Source of the DNA: Candidatus Sysuimicrobiota bacterium
Lineage (GTDB): Bacteria; Sysuimicrobiota; Sysuimicrobiia; Sysuimicrobiales; Sysuimicrobiaceae
Assembly: GCA_040289515.1 (NCBI GenBank)
Contig: PSLI01000008.1
Span: 1 to 63,207 of the forward strand
DNA: 63,207 nucleotides
Direction of reading: 5' to 3'
Part shown: piece after piece, positions 32,495 through 42,339 of the stretch
Layout of the letters: each line of letters begins with the position of its first letter
Position numbering within the stretch: the stretch's first letter is position 1
Translations under genes and position numbers: made by a program
Notes under the pieces: model-generated
What the model was told of the DNA's origin: nothing
The model's database searches: none
What the model saw: the letters and a program-made list of their open reading frames with translations, nothing else

Positions 32495-33349
32495 ATGGCG
32501 GTTCGGGTGGCCGGCTGCTGGCTGAGGCTGCGGGAGCTCGCCCCATCCCTGGCGGAGGCGGAGCGGCGGGTGGCCACGTTCGTGGTGCGTTACGCGCAGC
32601 AGGTGCCGGAGATGTCCATCACGGAGCTCGCGGAACGCTGCAGAACCAGCGAGGCCACGGTGGTGCGCGTGTGCAAGCGCCTGGGCCTGCGGGGCTACCA
32701 GGAACTGCGGATTCGCCTGAGTGCGGAGCTGGCTACCGAGCAGCCACAGATCGCAGGAGAGGTCCGGAGGGGGGACGGGCTTGAGCAAGCGTGCGAGAAG
32801 GTGTTCGCAGCCACGGGGGCTGCCCTTCAGGAAACACTGCGGGTGCTGAACCGTTCTGCACTGGCGCGGGTCGTGGAGCGGGTGGCGCGGGCTCGCCGTG
32901 TGGACCTGTACGGGGTAGGGGCATCGGGTGTGGTGGCGGTGGACGCTGCGCTGAAACTGTTGCGGATCGGCGTGCAGGCCCAGGCGTTTACGGACCCCCA
33001 CCTGCAGGCAACGTCTGCCGCCCTGCTGGGCCATAGGGACGTGGCGGTGGGCATTTCCCACTCGGGGAGCACCAAGGACACGGTGGAGGCGCTGAGAGTA
33101 GCCCGGGGGTCAGGGGCGTTCACCGTCGCGGTCACCCAAGTGGGCGCCTCGCCCATTACGCGCGTGGCGGACGTGGTCCTGAACACCGTGGCGCGGGAGC
33201 CCTTGCGGCGGGAGGCGGCTTTGGGCTCACGAATGGCAGCCATGGCGGTGCTGGACAGCGTGTTTGCGGGCGTGCTGCTCCGCCGCTACGCGAGCGCCCG
33301 CCGGGCGCTGGGGCGTACGTGGGAGGCCCTGGTGGGACGGAAGTACTGA
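32495..33349 (+). CDS. RpiR/MurR family transcriptional regulator
   Basis: SITELAE...SEATVVRVCKRLG HTH; SIS domain GVGAS, ISHSG. Confidence 0.92.
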   Translation: MAVRVAGCWLRLRELAPSLAEAERRVATFVVRYAQQVPEMSITELAERCRTSEATVVRVCKRLGLRGYQELRIRLSAELATEQPQIAGEVRRGDGLEQACEKVFAATGAALQETLRVLNRSALARVVERVARARRVDLYGVGASGVVAVDAALKLLRIGVQAQAFTDPHLQATSAALLGHRDVAVGISHSGSTKDTVEALRVARGSGAFTVAVTQVGASPITRVADVVLNTVAREPLRREAALGSRMAAMAVLDSVFAGVLLRRYASARRALGRTWEALVGRKY

Positions 33350-33357
33350 GGCAGGCT

Positions 33358-33885
33358 GTGGCAGAGCGGACATCAGTTCGGGTGCGGCCAGCAGGCGTGG
33401 AGGATTTGTCCGGCTGCGCCGGCATCATAGCCCAGGAAGACCTCTGGCGGCAGTACGGGGTTTCCCGGAGCACGGCCCTTACCTTGCTGCGAAAGGCGCT
33501 GGGTGCGGGGGAGCCCGTGCTGGTGGCCGTGCGCGGTGGGGCCGTGGTGGGTTTCGTATGGTTTCAGCTCCACGGGTGCTTCGGCCGCTCTGGCTACGTG
33601 CGTTGGATCGCCACCCATCCGTCGGTACGGAACGAGGGGATCGGGACGGCGCTGCTGCGTGCGGCTGAGGCGCGCATCCTCCGGCACGGTCCCAACGTTT
33701 TCCTGCTAGTTTCCCATGTCAATCGCCGTGCCCAGCGTTTCTACCGGGGCCGCGGGTACGAGCGGGTGGGGGTTCTGCGCGACTACGTGCGGCGTGGCGT
33801 GCACGAGTGGATCTACCGGAAGACTCTCGGGCCCCTCGCCCCCTGGAGGGGCGAGGGGGGCGGGAAAAAAGCAAGGAGGAGGTGA
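33358..33885 (+). CDS. GNAT family N-acetyltransferase
   Basis: RNEGIGTALL motif A, N..AQRFY...GY. Confidence 0.88.
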   Translation: MAERTSVRVRPAGVEDLSGCAGIIAQEDLWRQYGVSRSTALTLLRKALGAGEPVLVAVRGGAVVGFVWFQLHGCFGRSGYVRWIATHPSVRNEGIGTALLRAAEARILRHGPNVFLLVSHVNRRAQRFYRGRGYERVGVLRDYVRRGVHEWIYRKTLGPLAPWRGEGGGKKARRR

Positions 33886-33889
33886 GGGG

Positions 33890-35398
33890 ATGCGTGCGTG
33901 GTTCGTAGGGGTGGCCGCCGTGGCGGCCCTGGGAGGTCTCCTGTCCGCACAGGCTGCTCCGGTGCGGGCGGTTATTCGCCTGGGCGTGAGTCAGGAGGTG
34001 GTAGGACTGGACCCGCACATCGTGACCGCGTTCTCATCGTTCCGGAGGCTGGATCTTTTGTACAACCGGTTGGTCCGGTACAACGACCAACTGCAGATCG
34101 AGCCCGACCTCGCCGAGTCGTGGGAGACTCCGGACTCGAGGACGTACGTGTTCCGGCTGCGGCATGGGGTTCGATTCCACAGCGGCGCGGAGCTGACCAG
34201 CGAGGATGTGAAGTTTAGCCTGGAGCGCGTGTTGGATCCCGCCACCCGTTCACCGGGACGTTCCTTCATTGACGCCGTCGAGTCTGTGGAAACGCCGGAC
34301 CGATACACGGTACGGGTCCGGTTGCGGCATCCGCTGGCCTCGCTGCTGTCGGGGCTTGCCTCGGGGAACCTGGCCATCGTAGAGAAGGCCGCCGTCCAGC
34401 AGCACGGAAATCTGCAGCGGGTGGTGGCGGGGACGGGTCCCTTCATGCTGGGGGAATGGGTGCCGGACAACTACATGCGGGTGGTGCGGAACCCTCGCTA
34501 CTTCCGGCGAGGCCTGCCACGGGTGGACGAGGTGGTGTTCCGGGTAATCCCGGAGCAGGCGTCTTTGCTGGCCGGGGTGCGCAGCGGAGCCTTGGATATG
34601 GCCACCATCAACGAGGGCAGCGTGGTGGTGCAGGCGAAGCGGGAGGCGGGGGTGGTGGTGTTGCAGAAGCCGGGGATCAACCTGCGGATCTTCTCCTTCA
34701 ACACAACGCGCCCGCCTTTCCAGAACCCGACGGTGCGGTATGCCCTGAGCTTCGCCATCGACCGGGAAGCGGCCGTGCAGGCCGTGGAGCTTGGTTTCGC
34801 GGAGGTCTCCGGGCCGGTGCCGGCCTCCGTGCGGACGTACGCGCTTCCGGTGAGCCGGCTACCGTCCTACCGCCGGGACGTGGCGCGCGCCCGGCGGATG
34901 CTGGCGGAGGCAGGTTACCCGAACGGGTTTGCCACCCGCATCGTCACCTCGCCCACGTACGAGGGTGGGATCGCGGTGGCGCAGGTGATCCAGGCACAGC
35001 TGCGCGAGGTGGGCGTGGTGGCGAGTTTGGAGCAGGTGGAGTGGGGTGTGTACGTCGATCGATGGGTGAAGCGCGACTTCGACACCATGGTGGAGCTGCG
35101 GGGGGGAGACCCGGACCCGGATCGGTTCCTCTACCGCACGTTCCACAGCCAGGGCGCGGTGAACAACTTCCTGTTCAAGGACGAGGCCGTGGATCGTCTG
35201 TTGGAGCGGGGACGGGTGAACCTGGATCCGGCACGGCGCAGGCCGATCTACGAGGAGCTGCAGCTGCTGCTGGTGGAGCGGGCGCCGGCGCTGTTTCTGT
35301 ACACGCCGTTCGAGACGCAGGTGCTGCGTCCCGACCTCCAGGGTTTCCGGGTGGTCGGGAACGGGGCCATCTACTACCTGGAGGAGACGCGAAAGTAG
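33890..35398 (+). CDS. ABC transporter substrate-binding protein (family 5, peptide-type)
   Basis: Signal peptide, LDPH, PDLAESW, F.LR.GV.FH, GTGPF. Confidence 0.92.
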   Translation: MRAWFVGVAAVAALGGLLSAQAAPVRAVIRLGVSQEVVGLDPHIVTAFSSFRRLDLLYNRLVRYNDQLQIEPDLAESWETPDSRTYVFRLRHGVRFHSGAELTSEDVKFSLERVLDPATRSPGRSFIDAVESVETPDRYTVRVRLRHPLASLLSGLASGNLAIVEKAAVQQHGNLQRVVAGTGPFMLGEWVPDNYMRVVRNPRYFRRGLPRVDEVVFRVIPEQASLLAGVRSGALDMATINEGSVVVQAKREAGVVVLQKPGINLRIFSFNTTRPPFQNPTVRYALSFAIDREAAVQAVELGFAEVSGPVPASVRTYALPVSRLPSYRRDVARARRMLAEAGYPNGFATRIVTSPTYEGGIAVAQVIQAQLREVGVVASLEQVEWGVYVDRWVKRDFDTMVELRGGDPDPDRFLYRTFHSQGAVNNFLFKDEAVDRLLERGRVNLDPARRRPIYEELQLLLVERAPALFLYTPFETQVLRPDLQGFRVVGNGAIYYLEETRK

Positions 35399-35401
35399 GG
35401 A

Positions 35402-36349
35402 ATGCACAGGTACCTGCTGCGGCGGGTGGCGGGGGCCGTCCCCGTGGTTTGGGGCGCTGTGACGGTGGTGTTCCTGATCATCCGGCTGGTGCCCGGGGAC
35501 GCTCTTCAGCTGTTCTTGGGGACGCAGGTGGAGATGACGCCGGAGCAGATGAAGGAGCTCCGGCGAGTGTTCGGGCTGGACCGGCCGGTGTGGGAGCAGT
35601 ACGTGGAGTACCTGGTGCGGGTGGCGCAGGGGGATCTTGGGGTGTCCCTTCGGACGGCGCGAAGCGTGCGGGAAGAGATCGTAAGCCGGTTGCCGGTGAC
35701 GGCGGAGCTGGCGGTGCTGGCGGTGTTGTTGGGCGTCGGGCTGGGGGTTCCTGCCGGAGTGGTCGCGGCGACCAGCGGGAAAGGTTGGGCAGCGATGATG
35801 TGGAGCGTAATGTCCCTGGTGGGGCTGTCCGTGCCGAGCTTCTGGTTGGGGACGATGCTGATTCTGGGCTCGTCCCGGCTGGGAGTACGGGCGCTCGGTA
35901 CCTACGTCCCCCCATGGGAGGACCCCGGTCGCAACCTGGCCGCGATGCTGCTGCCTGCCGTTGCACTCGCGGTGGGGCTTGCGGCGTCTCTCATGCGGTA
36001 CGTGCGGGCCTCGGTTGTGGAGGTGCTGGGACGCGAGTACGTCCGCACAGCCCGCGCGAAGGGGCTGGGAGCCGGTGCCGTGCTCGGGCGTCACGTGCTG
36101 CGCAACGCCCTGATCCCCGTGGTGACGGTGGTGGGGTTCCAGATGGGGTACCTGCTTGGAGGGGCGGTCGTGATAGAGGAGGTGTTTGGGCTGCCCGGAA
36201 TGGGGCGGCTCGTGCTGAGTGCGGTCCTGCAGCGGGATTATCCGATGTTGCAGGGCGTGGTGCTCGTGACCGCGATCTTGTTTGTCGTGGTAAACCTCCT
36301 GACCGACGTTCTGTATGGCTGGATCGATCCGCGGATCCGCTATGACTGA
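35402..36349 (+). CDS. ABC transporter permease (DppB-like)
   Basis: GDLGVSL, YVRTARAKGL, HVLRNA, DPRIR. Confidence 0.93.
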   Translation: MHRYLLRRVAGAVPVVWGAVTVVFLIIRLVPGDALQLFLGTQVEMTPEQMKELRRVFGLDRPVWEQYVEYLVRVAQGDLGVSLRTARSVREEIVSRLPVTAELAVLAVLLGVGLGVPAGVVAATSGKGWAAMMWSVMSLVGLSVPSFWLGTMLILGSSRLGVRALGTYVPPWEDPGRNLAAMLLPAVALAVGLAASLMRYVRASVVEVLGREYVRTARAKGLGAGAVLGRHVLRNALIPVVTVVGFQMGYLLGGAVVIEEVFGLPGMGRLVLSAVLQRDYPMLQGVVLVTAILFVVVNLLTDVLYGWIDPRIRYD

Positions 36350-37256
36350 GGCGCGTGGAACAGGGGCGGCGTCGGCGTGGGCAACCGGAGGGGGACGAGG
36401 GGAGAGCGGGTGGCGTGTGCAATGGCGACGGATGCCCCGGGTGCGGCGGTGGCTGACCGGGGCGGGTGCGGGGGTGGTGGCTGCGTGTCTGCTGATCGCG
36501 GTCCTGGCTCCTGTTCTTTTTTGGGAGCGGGCGCTGGCGATGCGGACGGAGGCCCTCCTGCGGGGCCCTTCGTGGGATCACCCGCTGGGCACAGACCAGT
36601 TTGGCCGAGACCTGCTGAGCCGGGTCCTCGTGGGAGCCCGCCCCTCGATGTTGGTGGCCTTCGGTGCCGTGGGGCTGGCGACGCTGTTGGGCGCTACCGT
36701 GGGGGTGGCTGTAGGGTATGCGGGCGGGGTCGCAGACCACTTGGTGCTGCGCGTGGCGGACGTGTTGTTCGCATTCCCGGGTCTGCTGCTGGCCATGGCC
36801 GTCATGGCGGTGATGGGGCCGTCCTTGGGGAACCTCACGGCGGTTCTCGGGCTCGTGTACACGCCTCAGTTCGTGCGGGTGGCGCGGGCAGCCGCCCTCA
36901 CCGTGCGCAGCGAGCAGTACGTAGAGGCCGCGCGGGCGCTGGGGGCCAGCGAGTTGCGCATCCTGGCCCGGCACGTGGCGCCGAACGCCATGCCGCCCAT
37001 CCTCGTCCAGGTGTCGCTGAGCTTGTCGCTGGCGGTCCTCTCGGAGTCGGCGGTGAGCTTTCTGGGGCTGGGCGTTCAGCCGCCCGTGCCCTCCTGGGGC
37101 AACATGCTGAGCGAGGGGCGCCGGTTCATGGAGGTCGCGCCGTGGAACGCGGTCGCACCCGGCGTGGCGATGGCGGTGGTGGTGCTGGGCTTCAACCTGC
37201 TCGGGGACGGGCTGCAGGAGCTGTTCGACCCCAGGGGGCGGCGGGAGGTCGTGTGA
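36342..37256 (+). CDS. ABC transporter permease (DppC-like)
   Basis: HPLGTDQFGRD, YVEAARALGA (EAA motif), LGDGL. Confidence 0.93.
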   Translation: MTEARGTGAASAWATGGGRGESGWRVQWRRMPRVRRWLTGAGAGVVAACLLIAVLAPVLFWERALAMRTEALLRGPSWDHPLGTDQFGRDLLSRVLVGARPSMLVAFGAVGLATLLGATVGVAVGYAGGVADHLVLRVADVLFAFPGLLLAMAVMAVMGPSLGNLTAVLGLVYTPQFVRVARAAALTVRSEQYVEAARALGASELRILARHVAPNAMPPILVQVSLSLSLAVLSESAVSFLGLGVQPPVPSWGNMLSEGRRFMEVAPWNAVAPGVAMAVVVLGFNLLGDGLQELFDPRGRREVV

Positions 37257-38333
37257 AGTCACTCCGGAGACTGCTGGAGCGCGGCGCGGAGGCGGGTGTC
37301 TTTGCGGGGGCGGTGGGGCTGGTGCGCGTGCGCGGACGGACCGTGTTCCGGGCAGCGGTGGGGTGGGCCGAGACGGAACCAGGGCGGCGATCGATGAGCC
37401 TGGATACGGTGTTCGATCTTGCGTCCCTGACCAAGGTGCTGTGCACGGTGCCGGTGGTGCTGAGGCTGTGCGCGCAGGGCGTGATGGAGTTGGAGGCTCC
37501 TCTGGGCCGGTGGTTGCCTGCTGCGACGCATGCCCCCGTGCGGGCGCGTGACGGTGCGCGAGACACTCGCGCACACGGGCGGGCTCGCTGCCTGGAAGGC
37601 TCTGTACCTGGGGGCGCGGGGGCGGGAGGCGGTGGTAGAGGCCGTGGCACGACTGCCCCTGGAAGGACGACCGGGTGAGCGTGTGGGGTACTCGGACCCA
37701 GGGGTGATGCTGGTCGGGGCGGCGGTGGAAGGCGCCACGGGGAAGCGGCTGGACGTACTGTTCGAGGAGCACGTGGCCAGGCCACTGCGGCTGCAGCGGA
37801 CCCGGTTCTGTCCGCCGGCGCACTGGCGCAAACGCTGCGCGGCCACGGAGCGGGGAAACGGGTACGAGCGGGATCTGGCGGGTAGGGCCGGAGCAGACTT
37901 CCCGTGGCGCGAGGGGGGGATCGTGGGGGAGGTACACGACGGGAACGCCCACTACGCCTTGGAAGGGGTGGCAGCACACGCGGGCTTGTTCTCGAGTGCG
38001 GAAGAGGTGGCACGGGGGATGGAAGCTTGGCTGGGGTACAGGAGGTGGATCCCGGAGGCTTACCGGACCGAAGCGTTGAGCGACCAGCGTGGGGGAGCGG
38101 AAGGCGCGCCGCGGGGGCTGGGATGGATGCTGTACCACCCCGCGGCGTTCTTCGCGTTCCTGGGACCTCGCTCCTTCGGCCACACGGGGTTCACGGGCAC
38201 TTCGGTGGCCGCAGACCCGGACCGTGGGCTGGTCGTCGTGCTGTTGACGAACCGCGTGCACCCGCAGGTGCGGGAGGGGATCGTGGAGTTCCGGAAAGCG
38301 TTCCACGAGATGGTCCTGCCGTCGATCGAGTGA
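37253..38333 (+). pseudogene. Beta-lactamase-fold serine hydrolase (AmiE-like) with a +1 frameshift in the C5 run 37533-37537
   Basis: FDLASLTK (SxxK) in frame 1; LAHTGGL, YSD, HAGLFS, GHTGFTG, LTNRVHP in frame 2. May be a sequencing error. Confidence 0.85.
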
Positions 38334-38340
38334 GGGAAGC

Positions 38341-39243
38341 ATGGAGGAGGCGCTGGAAGAGCTGGAGACGGAGCAAGCGAATCCCCGGAGTGTCGATCTG
38401 GACCGGCTGAGCACCGAGGAGGTGGTGCGGCTAATCAACGAGGAGGACGCGACGGTCGCGGGAGCGGTGCGGGACGCGCTTCCAGCCGTGGCCCGGGCTG
38501 CCGAGCTGATGGCAGAGCGGCTTTCCCACGGTGGCCGCGTGTTTTACGTGGGGGCGGGGACGAGCGGGCGGTTAGGGTGGCTGGACGCGGTGGAGTGGGT
38601 CCCGACCTTCGGGGTGGAGCCCGGTTGTGTGCGCGTGGTGGTGGCAGGTGGGATCGGCGCCGCGGTGGAGGCGAGCTCCGAGGTGGAGGACGACGCAGGC
38701 CTGGGCGCCAGTGACCTACTGGCCCAACAGCCCTGCGCGCGCGACGTGGTGGTGGCGATCGCGGCCAGCGGGCGAACGCCCTACGTGCTCGGTGCCTTGC
38801 GGGCGGGGCGCGAGGCGGGTTGTGCGCTGATCGCGGTGTGCAACAACCCGGCTTCGCCCATGGAGGCGCTGGCGGACGTGGCGGTGGTGGTGCGCACGGG
38901 ACCGGAGGTGGTGGCGGGATCGACCCGCATGAAGGCGGGAACGGCGCAGAAGATGGTCCTGAACCTGATGAGTACCGCAACCATGGTGCGCCTGGGGAAG
39001 GTGTATCGGAACCTGATGGTGGACGTGCGGCCGCTCAACCGGAAGCTGGCTGCACGGGCGGCGCGCATCGTGGTGCAGGCCGCGGGGGTTCCCCTGGAGG
39101 CGGCGGAGCGTCTGCTCGGCCAGGCGGGCGGAAACGTGAAGGTAGCCATCGTGATGGCGCGCGCGGACTGCGACGCCCTGGAGGCGACGGAACGCCTGAA
39201 GCAGGCGGGCGGCCGGCTGCGGGTAGCGTTGGGGGAGGAGTGA
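38341..39243 (+). CDS. murQ: N-acetylmuramic acid 6-phosphate etherase
   Basis: TEQAN, GAGTSGRLG.LDA.E..PTFG, GSTRMKAGTAQK, GKVY.NLMVD. Confidence 0.96.
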   Translation: MEEALEELETEQANPRSVDLDRLSTEEVVRLINEEDATVAGAVRDALPAVARAAELMAERLSHGGRVFYVGAGTSGRLGWLDAVEWVPTFGVEPGCVRVVVAGGIGAAVEASSEVEDDAGLGASDLLAQQPCARDVVVAIAASGRTPYVLGALRAGREAGCALIAVCNNPASPMEALADVAVVVRTGPEVVAGSTRMKAGTAQKMVLNLMSTATMVRLGKVYRNLMVDVRPLNRKLAARAARIVVQAAGVPLEAAERLLGQAGGNVKVAIVMARADCDALEATERLKQAGGRLRVALGEE

Positions 39244-40382
39244 AGAACTTTCAGTGGCCCCAGGAGAAGCGTGTTTTGCGGGTGGTAGGGCTTCTGTCCG
39301 GCACCTCCTGTGACGGTGTGGACGCCGCAGTGGTGGAGGTGGAGCGGACGGAGCGGGTGCGGGTGCGAACGCTGGCCACGTGGAGCCGGCCGTATCGCGA
39401 AGGCGAGCGGGAAGCCCTGCTGCGGGTGGCGAGTCCTCAGGCCGGCGTGGAGGACGTCTGCCGGCTGAACTTCGAGCTGGGAGAAAAGTTGGCCGAGGCG
39501 GTTCTGGAGGTTCTGGCCCGCGCGGGCTTGGGGCCGGACGGGGTAGACCTGGTCGCATCCCACGGCCACACCGCGTGGCACGTGGCGGGTCACAGCACCC
39601 TACAACTGGGGGAGGCCGCGGTGATCGCGGAGCGAACGGGGCTTCCGTTGGTGAGCAACTTCCGCGCGCGGGAGGTCGCCGCGGGCGGGCAGGGAGCGCC
39701 GTTGGTGGCGTATGTGGACTGGCTGCTGTTTTCGCACCCGAAGCGCAACCGCGTGCTGCTGAACCTGGGTGGGATCGGCAACGTGACCTGGGTCCCTGCG
39801 GGCGGAGGGCCGGAGGAGGTGGTGGCGTTCGACACCGGGCCAGGCAACATGGTGATCGACGCGGTGGTGGGGTTGCTAAGCGGGAGGCCGTACGACGAAG
39901 GGGGAAAGATGGCGGCGGCCGGCACACCGCACCGGGGGCTGCTGCGGGAGCTTTTGGAGCACCCGTACTTCGCCCAGCGGCCGCCGAAAAGCACGGGCCG
40001 GGAGGCTTTCGGGCGCCGTTACGCGGAGGCCTTGATAGCACGCGGGCGGGAGCTGGGCGTCTGTGACGCGGACCTCGTGGCGACCGCGACGTACCTCACC
40101 GCGCGAAGCGTCGCGGAAGCATTTCGCTTCCTGGGGCCTGTGGAGGAAGTGCTGGCGAGCGGGGGCGGGGTGCACAACGGCACCCTGATGGGGTGGATTC
40201 GGGGTCACCTGGCTGGGGTACCTGTTGGGACCACCGGGGAGGAGGGGGTGGACCCGGACTTCAAGGAGGCGATCGCCTTCGCGGTGCTGGGTGCCCTCAC
40301 GGCGTGGGGGCTGCCCGGTAACCTGCCGTCCGCCACGGGAGCTCGCAGGTCTGTGATTTTGGGGGACATCACGCCACCGTGA
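39240..40382 (+). CDS. anmK: Anhydro-N-acetylmuramic acid kinase
   Basis: SGTSCDGVD, SHGHT, GGQGAPL, NLGGIGN, FDTGPGN, PPKSTGRE, KEAIAFA. Confidence 0.95.
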   Translation: MKNFQWPQEKRVLRVVGLLSGTSCDGVDAAVVEVERTERVRVRTLATWSRPYREGEREALLRVASPQAGVEDVCRLNFELGEKLAEAVLEVLARAGLGPDGVDLVASHGHTAWHVAGHSTLQLGEAAVIAERTGLPLVSNFRAREVAAGGQGAPLVAYVDWLLFSHPKRNRVLLNLGGIGNVTWVPAGGGPEEVVAFDTGPGNMVIDAVVGLLSGRPYDEGGKMAAAGTPHRGLLRELLEHPYFAQRPPKSTGREAFGRRYAEALIARGRELGVCDADLVATATYLTARSVAEAFRFLGPVEEVLASGGGVHNGTLMGWIRGHLAGVPVGTTGEEGVDPDFKEAIAFAVLGALTAWGLPGNLPSATGARRSVILGDITPP

Positions 40383-41428
40383 AGGCCCCCGGCGGCTGGA
40401 TGTACCGGGAGATCCACGAAGCCCCTGCGGTCTTCGAGCGGCTCTGGGAGCGGGCCGGCCCAACTCTGCTACTCCTGGCAACGCGCTGGCGACGCAACCC
40501 CCCAGACCTTGTGATCTTCGTGGGGCGTGGGTCCTCGGGCAACGCGGCCCTGTACGGCCGCTACCTGTGCGAGGTGCATCTGGAGGTGCCGGCATCCCTC
40601 GCAGCGCCATCTGTGGTGACTGTCTACGCCGCCCGGCCGAGGTTTCGGGGTGCCTGGGTGGTGGCTTTGTCTCAGTCGGGACGGTCGCCGGACGTCGTGA
40701 GGTTCGTGGCGGCTGCACGGGCGCGCGGAGCCTTCACCTTGGCGGTAACGAACCATGAGGACTCTCCCCTGGGCCGCGCGGCACATGAGGTCCTGGGGCT
40801 CTGTGCGAGGCCGGAGCGGAGTGTGGCCGCGACGAAGACGTACCTCGCCCAGCTCTCCGCCCTGAGTCTGTTCGTAGCGGAAGCTGCGGGGGACCTGGCT
40901 CTCATGCGGGCGCACGCCAGCCTTCCGGATCGGCTGCGGGCGGCGCTGGAAACGGAGGAGGCCGCTGCCGGCCTGGCAGGGCGGTGGGCGCAGGCCGAAA
41001 CGTGCATCGTAGCGGGCCGCGGTTACAACTACGCAACTGCGCGAGAGGCGGCCCTCAAACTGAAGGAGGCGGCGTACGTGGCGGCCGAAGCGCTTTCGTC
41101 GGCGGACTTGCTGCACGGACCGGTTGCCCTCCTCGGACGGGGGTTCCCGGTCCTCGTGGTCGCGGCTCCGGATCGGCCAAGCCGACATCTGTCGGGCATG
41201 ATCCGCAAGCTGCGCCGACAGGGCGTGGAGCTTGCCGTGCTGTCCTCGGATCCGCGGGTTCTGCGGACGGCAGCGCACCCGCTCCCAGCCCCTGCAGGGG
41301 TGCCGGAGGAGCTCACCCCGCACGTGTACGTGGTGTCGGTGCAGCTGCTCGCCTACCACATGGGGCTGCTGCGTGGTGTGGATCCCGACAGACCCCGGGG
41401 CCTGCGCAAGGTCACGCGGGCCCTGTGA
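40379..41428 (+). CDS. Double-SIS protein, probable glucosamine-6-phosphate deaminase (NagB-II type)
   Basis: GRGSS, SQSG, VAATKT, EAALKLKE, PRGLRKVT; no glutaminase domain. Confidence 0.8.
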   Translation: MKAPGGWMYREIHEAPAVFERLWERAGPTLLLLATRWRRNPPDLVIFVGRGSSGNAALYGRYLCEVHLEVPASLAAPSVVTVYAARPRFRGAWVVALSQSGRSPDVVRFVAAARARGAFTLAVTNHEDSPLGRAAHEVLGLCARPERSVAATKTYLAQLSALSLFVAEAAGDLALMRAHASLPDRLRAALETEEAAAGLAGRWAQAETCIVAGRGYNYATAREAALKLKEAAYVAAEALSSADLLHGPVALLGRGFPVLVVAAPDRPSRHLSGMIRKLRRQGVELAVLSSDPRVLRTAAHPLPAPAGVPEELTPHVYVVSVQLLAYHMGLLRGVDPDRPRGLRKVTRAL

Positions 41429-41463
41429 GCCTAGGAATGGTGTTGGGCGCCTGCTGCCCCTGC

Positions 41464-42168
41464 TTATGGAAGGAGCTTGAGCAGATCCGTCAGGCTCGCC
41501 ACCGTGTGGTGGGGTTGGGGGACCGGGAGCGCGGGTAGGGGGGCTGTGCGACACACCCACACCGCCACCATCCCCGCGGCGAGAGCCCCCGCCACGTCCG
41601 CGTGCAGGAGGTCTCCCACCATCCAGCAGTCCTCGGGCCCGACCCCCGCCCGGCGCGCGGCTTCCCGGAACAGCTCCGGGTCGGGCTTGCTGCGGCCTGC
41701 TTCCTGCGCGGTCACCACGGGGTGCAGAAGACCGGCTAGGCCGGTGCGTTCCAGCTTCCAGCGCTGCAGCCGTGACTCCCCGTTGGTGACCAGACCGGTT
41801 CGGTAGCCCCGGCGCCGGAGCTCCTCGAGAACCGGGCGGGCGTCGGGGAAGAGCCGCACCTGGCCGTCCCGCAGGGCCGCGTAGCGCTGCAAGAACGGCT
41901 CCACGGGGCCTGCAAGGCCCAGCTGCCGTAGCGTCTTCTCCCAGGTCCACCGCCGCATCAAGGGGATGGTGACCCCGAGCTGCGCGGGTGTGATGCGCCT
42001 CCACAGGTCCACGGACGCTTCCAGGTACGTGCGGACCACGCACTCCGGGTCCAGGGCCGGGTAGAGCTGCCGCATCTGCTGCGCCACCTGTCGCACGCAG
42101 TCGGACATCAGCCCCGTCTCGTCCACCAGGGTGTCGTCCAGGTCGAAGAAGACGGCCCGTGGTCGCAC
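41464..42168 (-). CDS. HAD-superfamily hydrolase (YjjG-like)
   Basis: FFDLDDTL, VTNG, KPDP, VGD...D. GTG 5 nt after the tRNA CCA end. Confidence 0.9.
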   Translation of the reverse strand: MRPRAVFFDLDDTLVDETGLMSDCVRQVAQQMRQLYPALDPECVVRTYLEASVDLWRRITPAQLGVTIPLMRRWTWEKTLRQLGLAGPVEPFLQRYAALRDGQVRLFPDARPVLEELRRRGYRTGLVTNGESRLQRWKLERTGLAGLLHPVVTAQEAGRSKPDPELFREAARRAGVGPEDCWMVGDLLHADVAGALAAGMVAVWVCRTAPLPALPVPQPHHTVASLTDLLKLLP

Positions 42169-42173
42169 GTGAG

Positions 42174-42269
42174 TGGCGGAGGGGGTGGGATTTGAACCCA
42201 CGAGGCAGGTTTTAACCCGCCTACGCGCTCTCCAGGCGCGCCGGATCAGCCGGACTCCCGCACCCCTCC
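42174..42269 (-). tRNA. tRNA-Ser(GGA)
   Basis: GGAGGGG acceptor stem, CGCGC-CTGGAGA-GCGCG anticodon arm, long variable arm, GGTTCAAATCC, encoded CCA. TGGTATCCT extended -10 at 42282-42290. Confidence 0.96.
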
Positions 42270-42339
42270 GGCTGCAGTTCCAGGATACCAGAGGCCGACA
42301 GGGTTGCAGGAGCTTCCGGCGCGCGGGTATCGTGGGCAC

